A program made the position numbers and the translations under genes. From sequence record ON529860.1: a stretch of 64,000 bases of DNA; one strand, given 5' to 3'. Of the stretch, positions 52,448 through 61,678 are shown one piece after another (the first letter of the stretch is position 1; each line of letters starts with the position of its first letter). The notes under the pieces were generated by a model, which was not told where the DNA came from, did not search any database, and saw only the letters and a program-made list of their open reading frames with translations.

Positions 52448-52612
52448 TTAGGCCAGAAGGGCGGCGATGCGGGCGGCGGCGCCTTGCGGGCGGGCTTGCT
52501 CGCCGGTCCACTCGGCGCGGACGTGCGCGGGGGCGGGGGCGGCGGCTTCCATGGCGGGCTTGCGCTGGCCGAAGGTGGCGGTGCGGGTCAGGGGCGAGGC
52601 GTTCTTGAACAT
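52448..52612 (-). CDS. hypothetical protein (54 aa)
   Basis: GGAGA SD and CtrA box at 52655. Confidence 0.6.
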   Translation of the reverse strand: MFKNASPLTRTATFGQRKPAMEAAAPAPAHVRAEWTGEQARPQGAAARIAALLA

Positions 52613-52738
52613 GGGTCGTTCTCCGTTGTTGAACCCACTATAGGGGCGCAGAACTTAACAGCAAGTTAAAATCGTCAGGCCCTTGAATCTTTTTTGAGGG
52701 CAGGGCGGGGGAGGCGCTGGGCCTCCCCTTGGGGCGGG

Positions 52739-52903
52739 TCAGCCGCGCGCGCCGCGCAGCCATCCATCCGTCCAGTTCGCGGCGTCCGCCGTGTCGAGGG
52801 GATGCGGGCAGGCGTCGAAGGGCAGGCCCGAATTGTAAGCGTCACGGCCAGCCTTGTAAGCGGAGGTCAGGGGCATGAGAGGCGTTCCCGTCGGCGCTGT
52901 CAT
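52739..52903 (-). CDS. Rmf/CrpP-like small protein (54 aa)
   Basis: AYKAGRDAYNSGLPFDACPH......NWTDGW. Confidence 0.65.
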   Translation of the reverse strand: MTAPTGTPLMPLTSAYKAGRDAYNSGLPFDACPHPLDTADAANWTDGWLRGARG

Positions 52904-53103
52904 GGGGCCAATCCCCTAGCGGCGACATAGGCAGATTAGCCGCCCAACCGTTAACAAGAAGTTAACGCCGCGAAAGTTTTTCAGGGCAGGATGGTTAACG
53001 GATTCAACCCCGGCGTTAACCATAGGGCCAGGCGCGGCGCGCGGGCGCGTTAACCTTAACGCCGCATTAGGGTTAACGGCGGCGTGTGCGCCTAGCCCCG
53101 ACT

Positions 53104-53175
53104 GGCGCGCCGGGCAGGGCGGGCGCGCCGGGCAGGGCGGGCGCGCCGGGCAGGGCGGGCGCGCCGGGCAGGGCG
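53104..53175. repeat. 4 x 18-bp tandem repeat GGCGCGCCGGGCAGGGCG
   Basis: Exact tandem copies. Confidence 0.95.
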
Positions 53176-53179
53176 GGCG

Positions 53180-53380
53180 TCAATGCACCTCGCGGCCTAG
53201 CAGCTTGCCGCGCGGGCCGATTGTGACCTTCTGGGCCGCGCCATACATGGTGACGTTAACAACCGTTTTGTGGCCCGACTGGCGCACGGTCAGGGCCTCG
53301 ACGGCGCCGCCGCCGACGATGCGGCGCAGGGCGTCGCGTTGCGCGGGGTTCAGCTTGGCGATCTCTTGGGCGGTGGTCAT
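53180..53380 (-). CDS. early hypothetical protein
   Basis: GGAGA SD, CtrA box at 53422. Confidence 0.7.
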   Translation of the reverse strand: MTTAQEIAKLNPAQRDALRRIVGGGAVEALTVRQSGHKTVVNVTMYGAAQKVTIGPRGKLLGREVH

Positions 53381-53496
53381 GGCGGCTCTCTCCGTTGATG
53401 CTTCTGTATCGCATCGTTTCCTTAACAACAAGTTAACGGCGGAAAGTTTTTCGCTGGCGCGGGCCGCCCGGCGCGCCGGGCGGCGGGTTCAGCGTA

Positions 53497-53739
53497 TCAG
53501 AACAAATCCAACCCCTTGTGTGAGGGGTCAGCGCCGATCTCGGCGCAATAGCCGCGCCATGCCGGGCTATGGCCGCGATCCCCGTTCAGGGCGTCTTTCA
53601 GGTCATCGTAACGGTCGCAAAGGGTTTGACTACGCAGCGAGTTCAGGCCTTGGGCGCCGCGCGCGACATGGGCGGAAATGCTTTGGCGGGTGCGGTGAAG
53701 GGCCTTGATGATCTTGGCTTCGGACTGGGCGGCGGTCAT
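53497..53739 (-). CDS. early hypothetical protein
   Basis: CtrA box at 53792. Confidence 0.75.
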   Translation of the reverse strand: MTAAQSEAKIIKALHRTRQSISAHVARGAQGLNSLRSQTLCDRYDDLKDALNGDRGHSPAWRGYCAEIGADPSHKGLDLF

Positions 53740-53864
53740 GGCGTTTCTCTTGGGGTTGCCGTTGCTGTCCCTCCCTAATAGCCGCGATTCGTTAACAAGA
53801 GGTTAACAGGTCGAGAATTCTTAGGCGCGCCGGGCGTTAACCTTAACAGGCGCGCCGGGGCCTG

Positions 53865-53894
53865 AAAAACCCCGCCCGGCGCGCCGGGCGGGGT
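53865..53894 (-). terminator. intrinsic terminator
   Basis: ACCCCGCCCGGC-GC-GCCGGGCGGGGT-TTTT. Confidence 0.8.
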
Positions 53895-53900
53895 CTGGCG

Positions 53901-54179
53901 TCAGGCGACCTGACGAATCAGCCGCCGTTCCCGGAACAACCGGTAGGTGAAGAACGCCCGGCCCATGTCCGATTCGGTTTCGCCCGCGAAGTGGTCGGCG
54001 AACGCCAGCGGCATCGACGTATAGTCGGCGCCGTCGTCGCCCGTCCGGGCGATCAGCGAGCCTTCCGCGTCGCAAAGGTAAAGGTCGAAGTCGCGACCGT
54101 CGTTCGGCGCGACCGCCGCGACCAGACGGCAGGCGGCGCAGTCATGAGCGAAGCGGGCGGTTTTGAAGAAAGAGGCCAT
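53901..54179 (-). CDS. early hypothetical protein
   Basis: RFAHDC..C...DLYLC....LIARTGDDG.DY.S; CtrA box at 54232. Confidence 0.75.
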   Translation of the reverse strand: MASFFKTARFAHDCAACRLVAAVAPNDGRDFDLYLCDAEGSLIARTGDDGADYTSMPLAFADHFAGETESDMGRAFFTYRLFRERRLIRQVA

Positions 54180-54296
54180 GGCGTGTCCCTTGGGGTTGCC
54201 GTTGATGTCATCCCCTTATCCCACCCAACCCTTAACAAGAGGTTAACAGCGGAAAGAAAAATCGCCCGCCCGGCGAACCGGGCGGGCGGGGTCGTC

Positions 54297-55208
54297 TTAG
54301 GCGGCGAGGGCGACGTCTAGGGCCTCGCCAGCGGGCTCCGCCTCGCCCGCGTCGGCGCTGGCGTTCAGAATGAACTCGGCGGCGGCTTGGGCCTTCGTGC
54401 AAGCCTGAATGAAGGCCTTGGGGTTGGAGCGGATGCGCTTGGCCCATGCGCCGATATAGGCGGCGTGGTCGTCGCGCTCGACGCTGGCGAAGCCTTGCGA
54501 GGCGCAGACAAACGCCGCTGTCAGTTCCGCGACCAGTTCCTCAAAGGCGTAGGCGTCATCGCCGAACTCGCGGCCAAAGACGCGATTCAGGCGATGCGCC
54601 GCGCCGGTCCAGTGGCCGATCTCATGGAAGGCCGTGGAATAAAAGCCATCGACCGAAACGAAGTCGGCGAAGGCCGGAAGCTGGATGCGATCGACGCTCG
54701 GCGCGTAAAAGGCTTTCGTGCCGCCGTAGCGGATTTCGGCCCCGGTGGCGAGCATGAGGGCGTCAGCGGCGGCGATGCGCTCCAGTTCCGGGCGCGCCGC
54801 GACGGGCTCGCCTTGGGGCAGTTCGATTCCGTCGCACTGGGCGATGTTGAACACGGTGTAAGCCTTGGCGAAGAACGACGCCGTTTCCTCGCCCGTGGCC
54901 TTGTCTTTGCGGGTCGTGCGCGACCAGAAAAAGACCTGCGTTCCCTTCTCGCCCGCCCGGACGGAACCGCCCTTGGCCTTGGCTTGCTTGAACGTCAGCC
55001 AGACGGGTTCGGCATAGCCGCGCGCTTCCTGTTCCATCCACAACCAAAACACGTTGGCCCCGCGATAGGCGCGGCCTTCGATGTTGTGCGGCATGGCGAT
55101 AGCGCCGGGGCGCGAGGTCCAAGGCTTGGCCCAAGGGCGCACGCCCGATTCCAGCTTGCCCGCGATGGTCGCGGCGATCTTGTCGAAAACGTCGTTTGCT
55201 TGGGCCAT
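54297..55208 (-). CDS. ardC: ArdC-like ssDNA-binding antirestriction protein (DUF1738 plus zincin-like domain)
   Basis: PWAKPW, YRGAN, WLTFKQA...GG.VR.GEKG, VFNIAQ, AFY.P..D.I.LP, FHEIGHWTG, YAFEELVAE. Confidence 0.92.
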   Translation of the reverse strand: MAQANDVFDKIAATIAGKLESGVRPWAKPWTSRPGAIAMPHNIEGRAYRGANVFWLWMEQEARGYAEPVWLTFKQAKAKGGSVRAGEKGTQVFFWSRTTRKDKATGEETASFFAKAYTVFNIAQCDGIELPQGEPVAARPELERIAAADALMLATGAEIRYGGTKAFYAPSVDRIQLPAFADFVSVDGFYSTAFHEIGHWTGAAHRLNRVFGREFGDDAYAFEELVAELTAAFVCASQGFASVERDDHAAYIGAWAKRIRSNPKAFIQACTKAQAAAEFILNASADAGEAEPAGEALDVALAA

Positions 55209-55495
55209 GTCAGGCGCTCCCGTTGAGGTGATAGGGCCAAACTACCGTCCAACCCTTAACAAGAAGTTAACGGCAGAAATCTTTTCCGGCAAGCCCTATT
55301 TTAATCTTTTGTTAAGACTTGCGCCCTATGGTGTATCTTGGGGAGGGATCGGCTGGGCCGTTAACCATGTTCGTTAGGGCGGCGTTAACCTTAACGGAAT
55401 CGAAAGCCGCGTTAAGGTTAACGAATCGGGCGGCGGCGTTAACCATGGGCCAGGGCCTCCGAAGGGCGGGCGGGGCCGGAGCCCCGCCGCGCCGG

Positions 55496-55858
55496 TCAGA
55501 ACGGCTTGACGATTCGATAGGCGTCGTTCGCCCGCGCTTGGGCTCCGGCGTAGTCGCAAGCGAGGAAGTTTTCAGCCGCGCGGGCTTGCAGCATGAGCGA
55601 CTCTTGCAGGGGCGTCGCCGGGGCGTTGTCCGGGCGCCCTTCGATCAGCTTGGCGATCACAACCCGAACCATGCCGGTCGCGTCGTTGCGGGTCAGTTGG
55701 CGCGTGTCGCGCATCCACTGAATCGCCTTTTCGTGAACGTCGTGAACCATGGTCAGGCACTCACGGTCAAAGGCCGATGCGCCGCGCGCGGCGGCGGTGA
55801 TGTCGCCCAGCGTTTGCAGCATGAAGCCTAGAGCCCGATTTTTACGTTCGTTCCGCAT
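55496..55858 (-). CDS. early hypothetical protein
   Basis: AAGGA SD, coding-like composition. Confidence 0.7.
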   Translation of the reverse strand: MRNERKNRALGFMLQTLGDITAAARGASAFDRECLTMVHDVHEKAIQWMRDTRQLTRNDATGMVRVVIAKLIEGRPDNAPATPLQESLMLQARAAENFLACDYAGAQARANDAYRIVKPF

Positions 55859-55954
55859 CGCGGTGATTCCTTGGCAGGGGCGGCAACAGCGCCGCCCGTC
55901 TGTTAGAGCACGCGGAACATTCCTTTACAAGAGCGTTCCGCGCTTTTTTTGAGG

Positions 55955-56140
55955 TCAGCGGCGGGCCGGGCGCGACCAGCGGGGTTCAGTCCCGCGCGGC
56001 GGCATCGGAGCCGAATCGTCGTCGTCGTGGTCGCGCCACTTGCGCGAACGGGAGGCTTCGCGGCTGGCGAATCGGTCCTGCTTGTCGAGCGTGTTGCGGG
56101 TGTCGTCGAGGGCGGCGTTACGGCGGAAGGTGCGGGCCAT
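55955..56140 (-). CDS. small charged protein
   Basis: MARTFRR start with GGAG SD. Confidence 0.6.
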   Translation of the reverse strand: MARTFRRNAALDDTRNTLDKQDRFASREASRSRKWRDHDDDDSAPMPPRGTEPRWSRPARR

Positions 56141-56454
56141 GTCTGGACTCCAAGGGTTCGGGCGGCGGCCAATCCGTCGCCCTGTTGACACCCTAGAGGC
56201 CGAGGTCTTAACAAAACGTTAAGAACGGGGCCAGTCGAAAATCTTTCTGCTGTTAATCTTTTGTTAAGACTTCCGCCCTATGCTGTATCTTAGGGAGGGA
56301 TCGGCTGGGCCGTTAACCATGTTCGTTAGGGCGGCGTTAACCTTAACAAAACCTTAAGCCCGTTAACCTGAATCGTTAAGGTTAACGGATTCGCCCGCCG
56401 CGTTAACCATGTTTCCCACGGCACAAAGAGAGGGGGCTGTCAAGCCCCCTCGCC

Positions 56455-56697
56455 TTAATCGTGGCGGAAGATCGTGCGGGGCTTGGCGGCCAGCCGCATG
56501 GCGTGGCGGCGCTCGATTCGCTTGCCCTGATAGAAATAGGTGCAGCGACCGAAACGGCCCTTCGGGCCGCGATGGATGCGCGTGACCAGTTCGCCGCCGT
56601 TCACTTGCGCGACCAGAACGGTCAGGCGAGCGGTGCGGGCCTCGACCAGCGAGGCGGTCAGGGCGTTGCGGGCGTGCAGGGTGCGGGCGGTTTGCAT
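56455..56697 (-). CDS. early hypothetical protein
   Basis: GGAGA SD, CtrA box at 56754. Confidence 0.7.
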   Translation of the reverse strand: MQTARTLHARNALTASLVEARTARLTVLVAQVNGGELVTRIHRGPKGRFGRCTYFYQGKRIERRHAMRLAAKPRTIFRHD

Positions 56698-56822
56698 CGG
56701 GCGTCTCCGTGAGGGCCAATCCCTCTTGACCTGACCAATATGGGGCCAAGAAGTTAACAAGAGGTTAACAGCGCGAGAAAAGTTCGCTGAAAACGACTCG
56801 CAAGTTTTCGGCCCTCGGCGCC

Positions 56823-57150
56823 GGGCGCGGAGGGGGGTGCGGGCCTCGACCGGGCCGGGGCGGCGCTGGAGCCCGGCGGCGACCGGGCGGGCGCGGAGGG
56901 GGGCGCGGGCCTCGACCGGGCCGGGGCGGCGCTGGAGCCGGGCGGGAGGCTTCGCCCCCGTGGGCGGAAACGGCCCGACGTCAAGTTCGCCCGCGTGGGT
57001 GAAAACGGCCCGACGTCAAGTTCGCCCGTGGGCGGAAATGAAGCCGCGTCAAGTCAAGTCCGCAAGCGAAAGCGAAGCGGCGTCAGGTCAAGCCCGAAGG
57101 CGAAAGCGAAGCGGCGTCAGGTCAAGCCCGAAGGCGAAAGCGACGCCGCG
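56823..57150. repeat. non-coding repeat block (iteron-like)
   Basis: ~55-bp GC-rich direct repeat twice, then AAACGGCCCGACGTCAAGTTCGCCCG twice and GCGAAAGCGAAGCGGCGTCAGGTCAAGCCCGAAG twice plus a partial copy. Confidence 0.85.
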
Positions 57151-57155
57151 TCAGG

Positions 57156-57635
57156 TCAGGCGGTCAGCGTCCGCCGATTGACCGAATCGGCGTAGGCCCA
57201 GGCGCGGTTGCGCTCTTCGGCGCGGGCGTAAGCCTCGGCGGCTTCGGCGGCGCATTGCGCCTCGAACGCCTCGCGCGGGAAGTCCCGCTCGATGCGCTCG
57301 CGTTGGGTCTCATGCCACGGGCGCGGGTCATGTTTCGGGGCGGGCGCCGGCGGCGCTTTGCCGTCCAAGGTGACGCGCGCGCCTTTCAGACCGTGCGACC
57401 AGCAGCCGCCGGGGGACAGGTTGTCCAGCAGGGTCTCCGCGCTCATGCCCTCGGGCGCGGTCAGGGCGAGGCCGGTGCGGCGGTGCAGGACGTGGGCCGG
57501 GAACAGGCCCGTCGCCGGGTCCGGCAGGATCAGGGCGTAGGCGGGGGCGTAGCCGTCGGAGTCGGTCGCGCCGTTTTCCAGCAGATAGGCGTTGATGGCG
57601 GGGTTGGCCTTGAGGGCTTTGGCGAGGGTCAACAT
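57156..57635 (-). CDS. early hypothetical protein
   Basis: GGAGA SD, CtrA box at 57681. Confidence 0.7.
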   Translation of the reverse strand: MLTLAKALKANPAINAYLLENGATDSDGYAPAYALILPDPATGLFPAHVLHRRTGLALTAPEGMSAETLLDNLSPGGCWSHGLKGARVTLDGKAPPAPAPKHDPRPWHETQRERIERDFPREAFEAQCAAEAAEAYARAEERNRAWAYADSVNRRTLTA

Positions 57636-57771
57636 GACGGGCGTCTCCGGTTTCGATCCTGCTACTCTAGCGGACAAAAGTTAACAAGAGGTTAACGCCG
57701 TGGCGATTTTTCAGGCGCGCTCGCGGCGAACGGGCGTTAACCTTAACGGCCGTTTACAAAGCCAGGCCCGC

Positions 57772-58101
57772 CTAGTGCGCGTGGAAGTCCACGCGCCCGG
57801 CGGGCGAGACGTCGAAGTCCCAGACGTTGAAGCGGGCGGCCTCGGCGGCCTCGGCCTCTTCAGCCGCGCGGGCGGCGGCATAGGCCTCGCCTTCGGCCTT
57901 GTGGGCCGCTTCGGCCTCGGCCAGTTCCGCGCACTCGCGGGCGTAGGCCTCGGGGCAGCCGTAGCCCGTGGGGCGGTTGGGGCGCGCGTCGAGCCACGCC
58001 TGCGCGGCGGCGACCGTGACGCCCGCCATGACCGGGCGGACGCCGTAGTCGTTGCGGTGCAGGGCGTAGTAGAGGTCGAGGGTTTCCTGATCGGCGGTCA
58101 T
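57772..58101 (-). CDS. early hypothetical protein
   Basis: GGAGA SD, CtrA box at 58155. Confidence 0.7.
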   Translation of the reverse strand: MTADQETLDLYYALHRNDYGVRPVMAGVTVAAAQAWLDARPNRPTGYGCPEAYARECAELAEAEAAHKAEGEAYAAARAAEEAEAAEAARFNVWDFDVSPAGRVDFHAH

Positions 58102-58179
58102 CACGTCTCTCCGGCGGGCCAGTCCCGCCACGTCCTCACCCTAGCGGACAGGTGTTAACAAGAGGTTAACACCCGCGAG

Positions 58180-58248
58180 AAAATCGGGCAGGGTCCCCGG
58201 TCGAAAAATCAGGCAGGGTCCCCGGTCGAAAAATCAGGCAGGGTCCCC
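58180..58248. repeat. ~2.8 x 25-bp tandem repeat AAAATCAGGCAGGGTCCCCGGTCGA
   Basis: 25-bp period. Confidence 0.9.
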
Positions 58249-58276
58249 ATTAACCTTAACGGGCGGGGCGCTCTCG

Positions 58277-58510
58277 TCACTGGCGCGTGTGCCAGTGACG
58301 CGCCAGTCGGGAGGTTCGCGGGTTTGTCCCGTCACTATCCCATTGCCCCGCCGCGACCCAGCCGATGGCGTCGCGCGCGTTGCGGGGATTGTGCTCGGCA
58401 CCAGAGTCCAAGTCTAGCAGAACCGCGCCATGTGCTCGAACGTCGTCTGGATAACGGGCCTCTATGGCGTTGGCGAGGCGAACCGCTAAGACGTTGCTGC
58501 GTCGGATCAT
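58277..58510 (-). CDS. early hypothetical protein
   Basis: Follows the ArfA-like gene. Confidence 0.65.
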   Translation of the reverse strand: MIRRSNVLAVRLANAIEARYPDDVRAHGAVLLDLDSGAEHNPRNARDAIGWVAAGQWDSDGTNPRTSRLARHWHTRQ

Positions 58511-58511
58511 G

Positions 58512-58625
58512 TCAGCGCCCTTTCCGGGAGTAGGAGCCTTTGCCCTTGCGGGCCTTGACCACGCGGACCCGGTAAGCGGGGGTGGCGAGGGCGGCGGCGG
58601 CGGGGTTGCGTTTCGGGGCGGCCAT
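58512..58625 (-). CDS. ArfA-like ribosome-rescue peptide (37 aa)
   Basis: MAAPKRNPAAAALATPAYRVRVVKARKGKGSYSRKGR (ArfA core P.FR.RV...KGKGSY.RK); GGAGA SD; CtrA box at 58668. Confidence 0.75.
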   Translation of the reverse strand: MAAPKRNPAAAALATPAYRVRVVKARKGKGSYSRKGR

Positions 58626-58678
58626 GGGTGTCTCCGTGGTTGATAGAGACACCCTAGCCGACAGAAGTTAACAAGAGG

Positions 58679-59125
58679 TTAAGCGTCTGGATATTGCGCC
58701 TGAAGCTTCGCCAGCGTGGCCCGGTCCTCGGCTTCGGCGGCGCGGCGGGCCTCGTCGCGGCGCTTTGCGGCGGCGGTGCGCTTGGCGTCGCGGGCGGCGG
58801 TTTCAGGGGCCAACCACGCCGGGTCCGCGCCCTCGGCGACCGGGGCCAGGTAGGACAGGGGGAAGGACACCTCGGCCCAGTCCTGATAGCCGTAGCTTCC
58901 CGAAACGTAGAATTTGACGTCCACGGTTTCAGGCTTGTCGCCGCGCGCCTCGTCCAGTTCCCAGCTTTCGAGATAGCCATAGACGACAGTGTCCAGACGT
59001 TGGTCCTTGGGCTTCACAGGCTCATCCAGCCGGAAGATGTAAAGCGCGCGGGCCAAGTGCTCCAGCGCCTCGTTCAGGGCGTCGCGCTCGGTCACAAAAG
59101 CCTTGAGACGGTCAGGGGTCAGCAT
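58679..59125 (-). CDS. early hypothetical protein
   Basis: GGAGA SD. Confidence 0.75.
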   Translation of the reverse strand: MLTPDRLKAFVTERDALNEALEHLARALYIFRLDEPVKPKDQRLDTVVYGYLESWELDEARGDKPETVDVKFYVSGSYGYQDWAEVSFPLSYLAPVAEGADPAWLAPETAARDAKRTAAAKRRDEARRAAEAEDRATLAKLQAQYPDA

Positions 59126-59140
59126 GGGCGGTTCTCCGGT

Positions 59141-59614
59141 TCAGGTCGCGGCGGTTTCGGTCAGGGCGGCGCGCAGGGCTTGGGTGACGGGGCGGATCGT
59201 CAGGGGATAGGCTTTCGAGACGTCCCAGTGGCGTTGCATCAGGGCTTCGGCCTCGTCCAGAGTCTCGGCGGTCCCCTCCTTCAGCTTGACCCAGCCGGGG
59301 GCGATTGACGACACGTCCTCGATCACGACATAGGGCGCGGGCAGACGCACAACCTCAAACCGCAAGGCCGGGTTTTCCGCCACGCCGCACGACTTGACGA
59401 CTTTGAAGTGCGACTCATCCACGACGCGCAAGGCAAAGCGCGCCTGATAGGTGTCGGCGTCTTTCTTTTCGACGAAAAGGCCCAGTCCGTTGTTGCGCTC
59501 CCACTCGGCCAGCTTCTTGGTGAAGCGGGCGGGCGGCTTCGGCGCGCCGTCCGTGAAACGGATCGTGGCGCCGTAGGGGGCCAGCGCGTGCAGTTCGGTG
59601 GCGGTCAGAAACAT
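59141..59614 (-). CDS. early hypothetical protein
   Basis: GGAGAG SD, CtrA box at 59659. Confidence 0.75.
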   Translation of the reverse strand: MFLTATELHALAPYGATIRFTDGAPKPPARFTKKLAEWERNNGLGLFVEKKDADTYQARFALRVVDESHFKVVKSCGVAENPALRFEVVRLPAPYVVIEDVSSIAPGWVKLKEGTAETLDEAEALMQRHWDVSKAYPLTIRPVTQALRAALTETAAT

Positions 59615-59753
59615 GGGGGCTCTCCCGTAGATGATGCGTCGGTTCTAGCACCGATTCGTTAACAGGAGGTTAACGGGCCGGGCGGGACTGGCGGGCGTTA
59701 ACCTTAACGGCGGGCAGGCAGGATCAGGCCCGCCGAGGAGGCGGGCCGTCGCC

Positions 59754-60266
59754 TTAAACCGTGATGGCGTCGCGGGCCTTGGTCAGTTCCTCGATCAGCA
59801 CATCAAGGCGGCGCACCGCCTCTTCGCCGCTGTCACAGTCTTCCTTGGCGTCCAGTTCCACCATGACGGCGGTGAAGATGGTGTCGCCCCCGTCCGTCGC
59901 ATCGGCCAGGGTTTCCATCCACGCGTAATCCGCCTCGCCGTAGGCGTTGGCGAACTCGCGTTGCCACGGCGACAGGGGCGTGTCGGGCAGGGTGACGCCC
60001 AGCGTATGCGGCATCAGGTTGGTGGCGACTTTCAGGATTTGGAATGACCCCGCCATGCCGTCGTCATAGGCGCATTGCAGTTCCTTGGCGATCTGGCGGG
60101 CGAGGGCGTCGCCGGTCGCCGCGCCTTGATCGTCGCCCAGCACGGCCTCGTCGTCGCCAAGGTCTCGGGTCAGCAGCACGATGGCCTGATATTGATGGTC
60201 ATGGTGGGCGCGGCAGTGCTCCACCACGTCGGCGCGCGGCAGGATGAAAGGGGTAAGGTCGGTCAT
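59754..60266 (-). CDS. early acidic hypothetical protein
   Basis: GGAGAG SD, CtrA box at 60309. Confidence 0.75.
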   Translation of the reverse strand: MTDLTPFILPRADVVEHCRAHHDHQYQAIVLLTRDLGDDEAVLGDDQGAATGDALARQIAKELQCAYDDGMAGSFQILKVATNLMPHTLGVTLPDTPLSPWQREFANAYGEADYAWMETLADATDGGDTIFTAVMVELDAKEDCDSGEEAVRRLDVLIEELTKARDAITV

Positions 60267-60378
60267 GGGCTCTCCCGTCGATGATGCGTCGGTTCTAGCA
60301 CCGATTCGTTAACAAGAGGTTAACGCGCCGGGCGGGGCGGCGGGCGTTAACCTTAACGGAAGGTGAAGGGTCGGCGCG

Positions 60379-60708
60379 TCAGGGGAGGCGCGCCGGGTTC
60401 AGTGACAGACTGACGCGGCGGGCCTTGGACGGCTTGCCGGTCAGGATTCGCTTGTCGGTCTTGGCCCCGCAGCAGGTGCAGACGGCCCGACCGAGATCGA
60501 ACCGGACCGAGGCCAGGGGGTCGGCGGTGCCGTTCACGGTCAGTTTGAGCGCCACGTCTGACAGCTTGGGGTGATGGCCCTGTCTGCCCCGGCGGCGCTC
60601 GACGTGGGCGCTCATGCCCGCCGCGTTGCGGTTGCCCCGGCGGACCACAGTCCCGGCGACCTTGTAGAGGCCGCCGGAAAAGGTGTTGTCGATGGCGTAG
60701 CGCCGCAT
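60379..60708 (-). CDS. early hypothetical protein
   Basis: TGATG coupling; CTCC near the C-terminus. Confidence 0.65.
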   Translation of the reverse strand: MRRYAIDNTFSGGLYKVAGTVVRRGNRNAAGMSAHVERRRGRQGHHPKLSDVALKLTVNGTADPLASVRFDLGRAVCTCCGAKTDKRILTGKPSKARRVSLSLNPARLP

Positions 60709-60881
60709 CAGGCGTTCACGTCAAAGCGGCCAACGCGGTTCCCATTGACGTCGCGCACGGCGCCCATGTCGGCCCCGTTCTCGATCTTGTCGGCGAGGTC
60801 GCGCAGGATGCGGGCGAGTTCGCCGGGCTTGGCGTCGTCGTCAAAAGCGGCGTTGCCGGTGTCGATTTCCAGTTTGAACAT
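60708..60881 (-). CDS. conserved small phage protein (57 aa)
   Basis: MFKLEIDTGNAAFDD...ELARILRDLADKIE....G.VRDVNGNRVG; CtrA box at 60924. Confidence 0.75.
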   Translation of the reverse strand: MFKLEIDTGNAAFDDDAKPGELARILRDLADKIENGADMGAVRDVNGNRVGRFDVNA

Positions 60882-61067
60882 GGTCTGTCTCCGTTTCGAT
60901 CCTTAGACCATAGCCGACAAAAGTTAACAATAGGTTAAGGGCTTCGCGGCCTGTTGCGAGGGGTTGGCGTTAACCTTAACGGGGCGGGGCAAAAGAGGGA
61001 CGGCGGCCATCCCGGCGCCGTCCAGTTTACCGCGATCAGCGTTCGCGGCGACGCGTTCGGTTGCCGC

Positions 61068-61367
61068 CTAGAGGGCCGTCAGGGCGTGCCACAGGGCGTT
61101 AGGGACCACGCCGCCCGCCGCGACCGGATCGAAGGCGGTTTCCCCGCCCTCGGGGCCGTAGTGGGGCATGACGCAGCCGGGCAGGGCGTCGATCATGCGG
61201 ATGCGGTAGAGCGGAACGTCTGCGAAAGGGGGGTTCTCAACCCGGCCCAGGACCTCGGCGCGACCTTCGCCGCCATTGAGGTAGCCCGGCGCATAGGTCA
61301 CGATCTGGCCCGGCGCAAAGGCGGTGTTTTCCGGGGTGCGGATAGGGGCGACGGCGATGCGGGTCAT
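61068..61367 (-). CDS. early hypothetical protein (SH3-like)
   Basis: FAPGQIV.Y......G.AEV. Confidence 0.65.
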   Translation of the reverse strand: MTRIAVAPIRTPENTAFAPGQIVTYAPGYLNGGEGRAEVLGRVENPPFADVPLYRIRMIDALPGCVMPHYGPEGGETAFDPVAAGGVVPNALWHALTAL

Positions 61368-61368
61368 G

Positions 61369-61548
61369 TCAGGCTCCAGCGGACAGAAGAACGGCGGTCG
61401 AAAGGTGTTGCGTCGCCTGCTTGCGCAGGGCGGCGGTGAGGAGGCGGGCGGCTTCCTTGGCGTTCCCGGCCAGCGCCGCCGCTTCGGCGCGCTTGGCGAA
61501 AAAGGCCTTGGACTTGCGGGCGCGCCGGGCGCGTTGGTAGTCGGTCAT
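61369..61548 (-). CDS. basic helical protein (59 aa)
   Basis: GGAG SD, CtrA box at 61593. Confidence 0.6.
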   Translation of the reverse strand: MTDYQRARRARKSKAFFAKRAEAAALAGNAKEAARLLTAALRKQATQHLSTAVLLSAGA

Positions 61549-61678
61549 CGGGCTTGCTCCCTTGTGATGCCTCTAGTCCTACAGGACAGAAGTTAACAAG
61601 AGGTTAACGCCGCGACCTTTTCGACCGCCGGGCGGCGCGGGCGGCGTTAACCTTAACGCCGGGCGGCGGCGGGGCGGC

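Larger units (their letters stand above)
55301..56347. repeat. ~95-bp near-identical direct repeat (55301-55395 and 56253-56347) carrying CtrA sites
   Basis: ttaatcttttgttaagactt...gggagggatcggctgggccgttaaccatgttcgttagggcggcgttaaccttaac occurs twice. Confidence 0.9.

Noticed and set aside
53104-58248. Possible CRISPR arrays in the repeat blocks
   Set aside because: Repeats are contiguous, have no unique spacers, and no cas genes are present.
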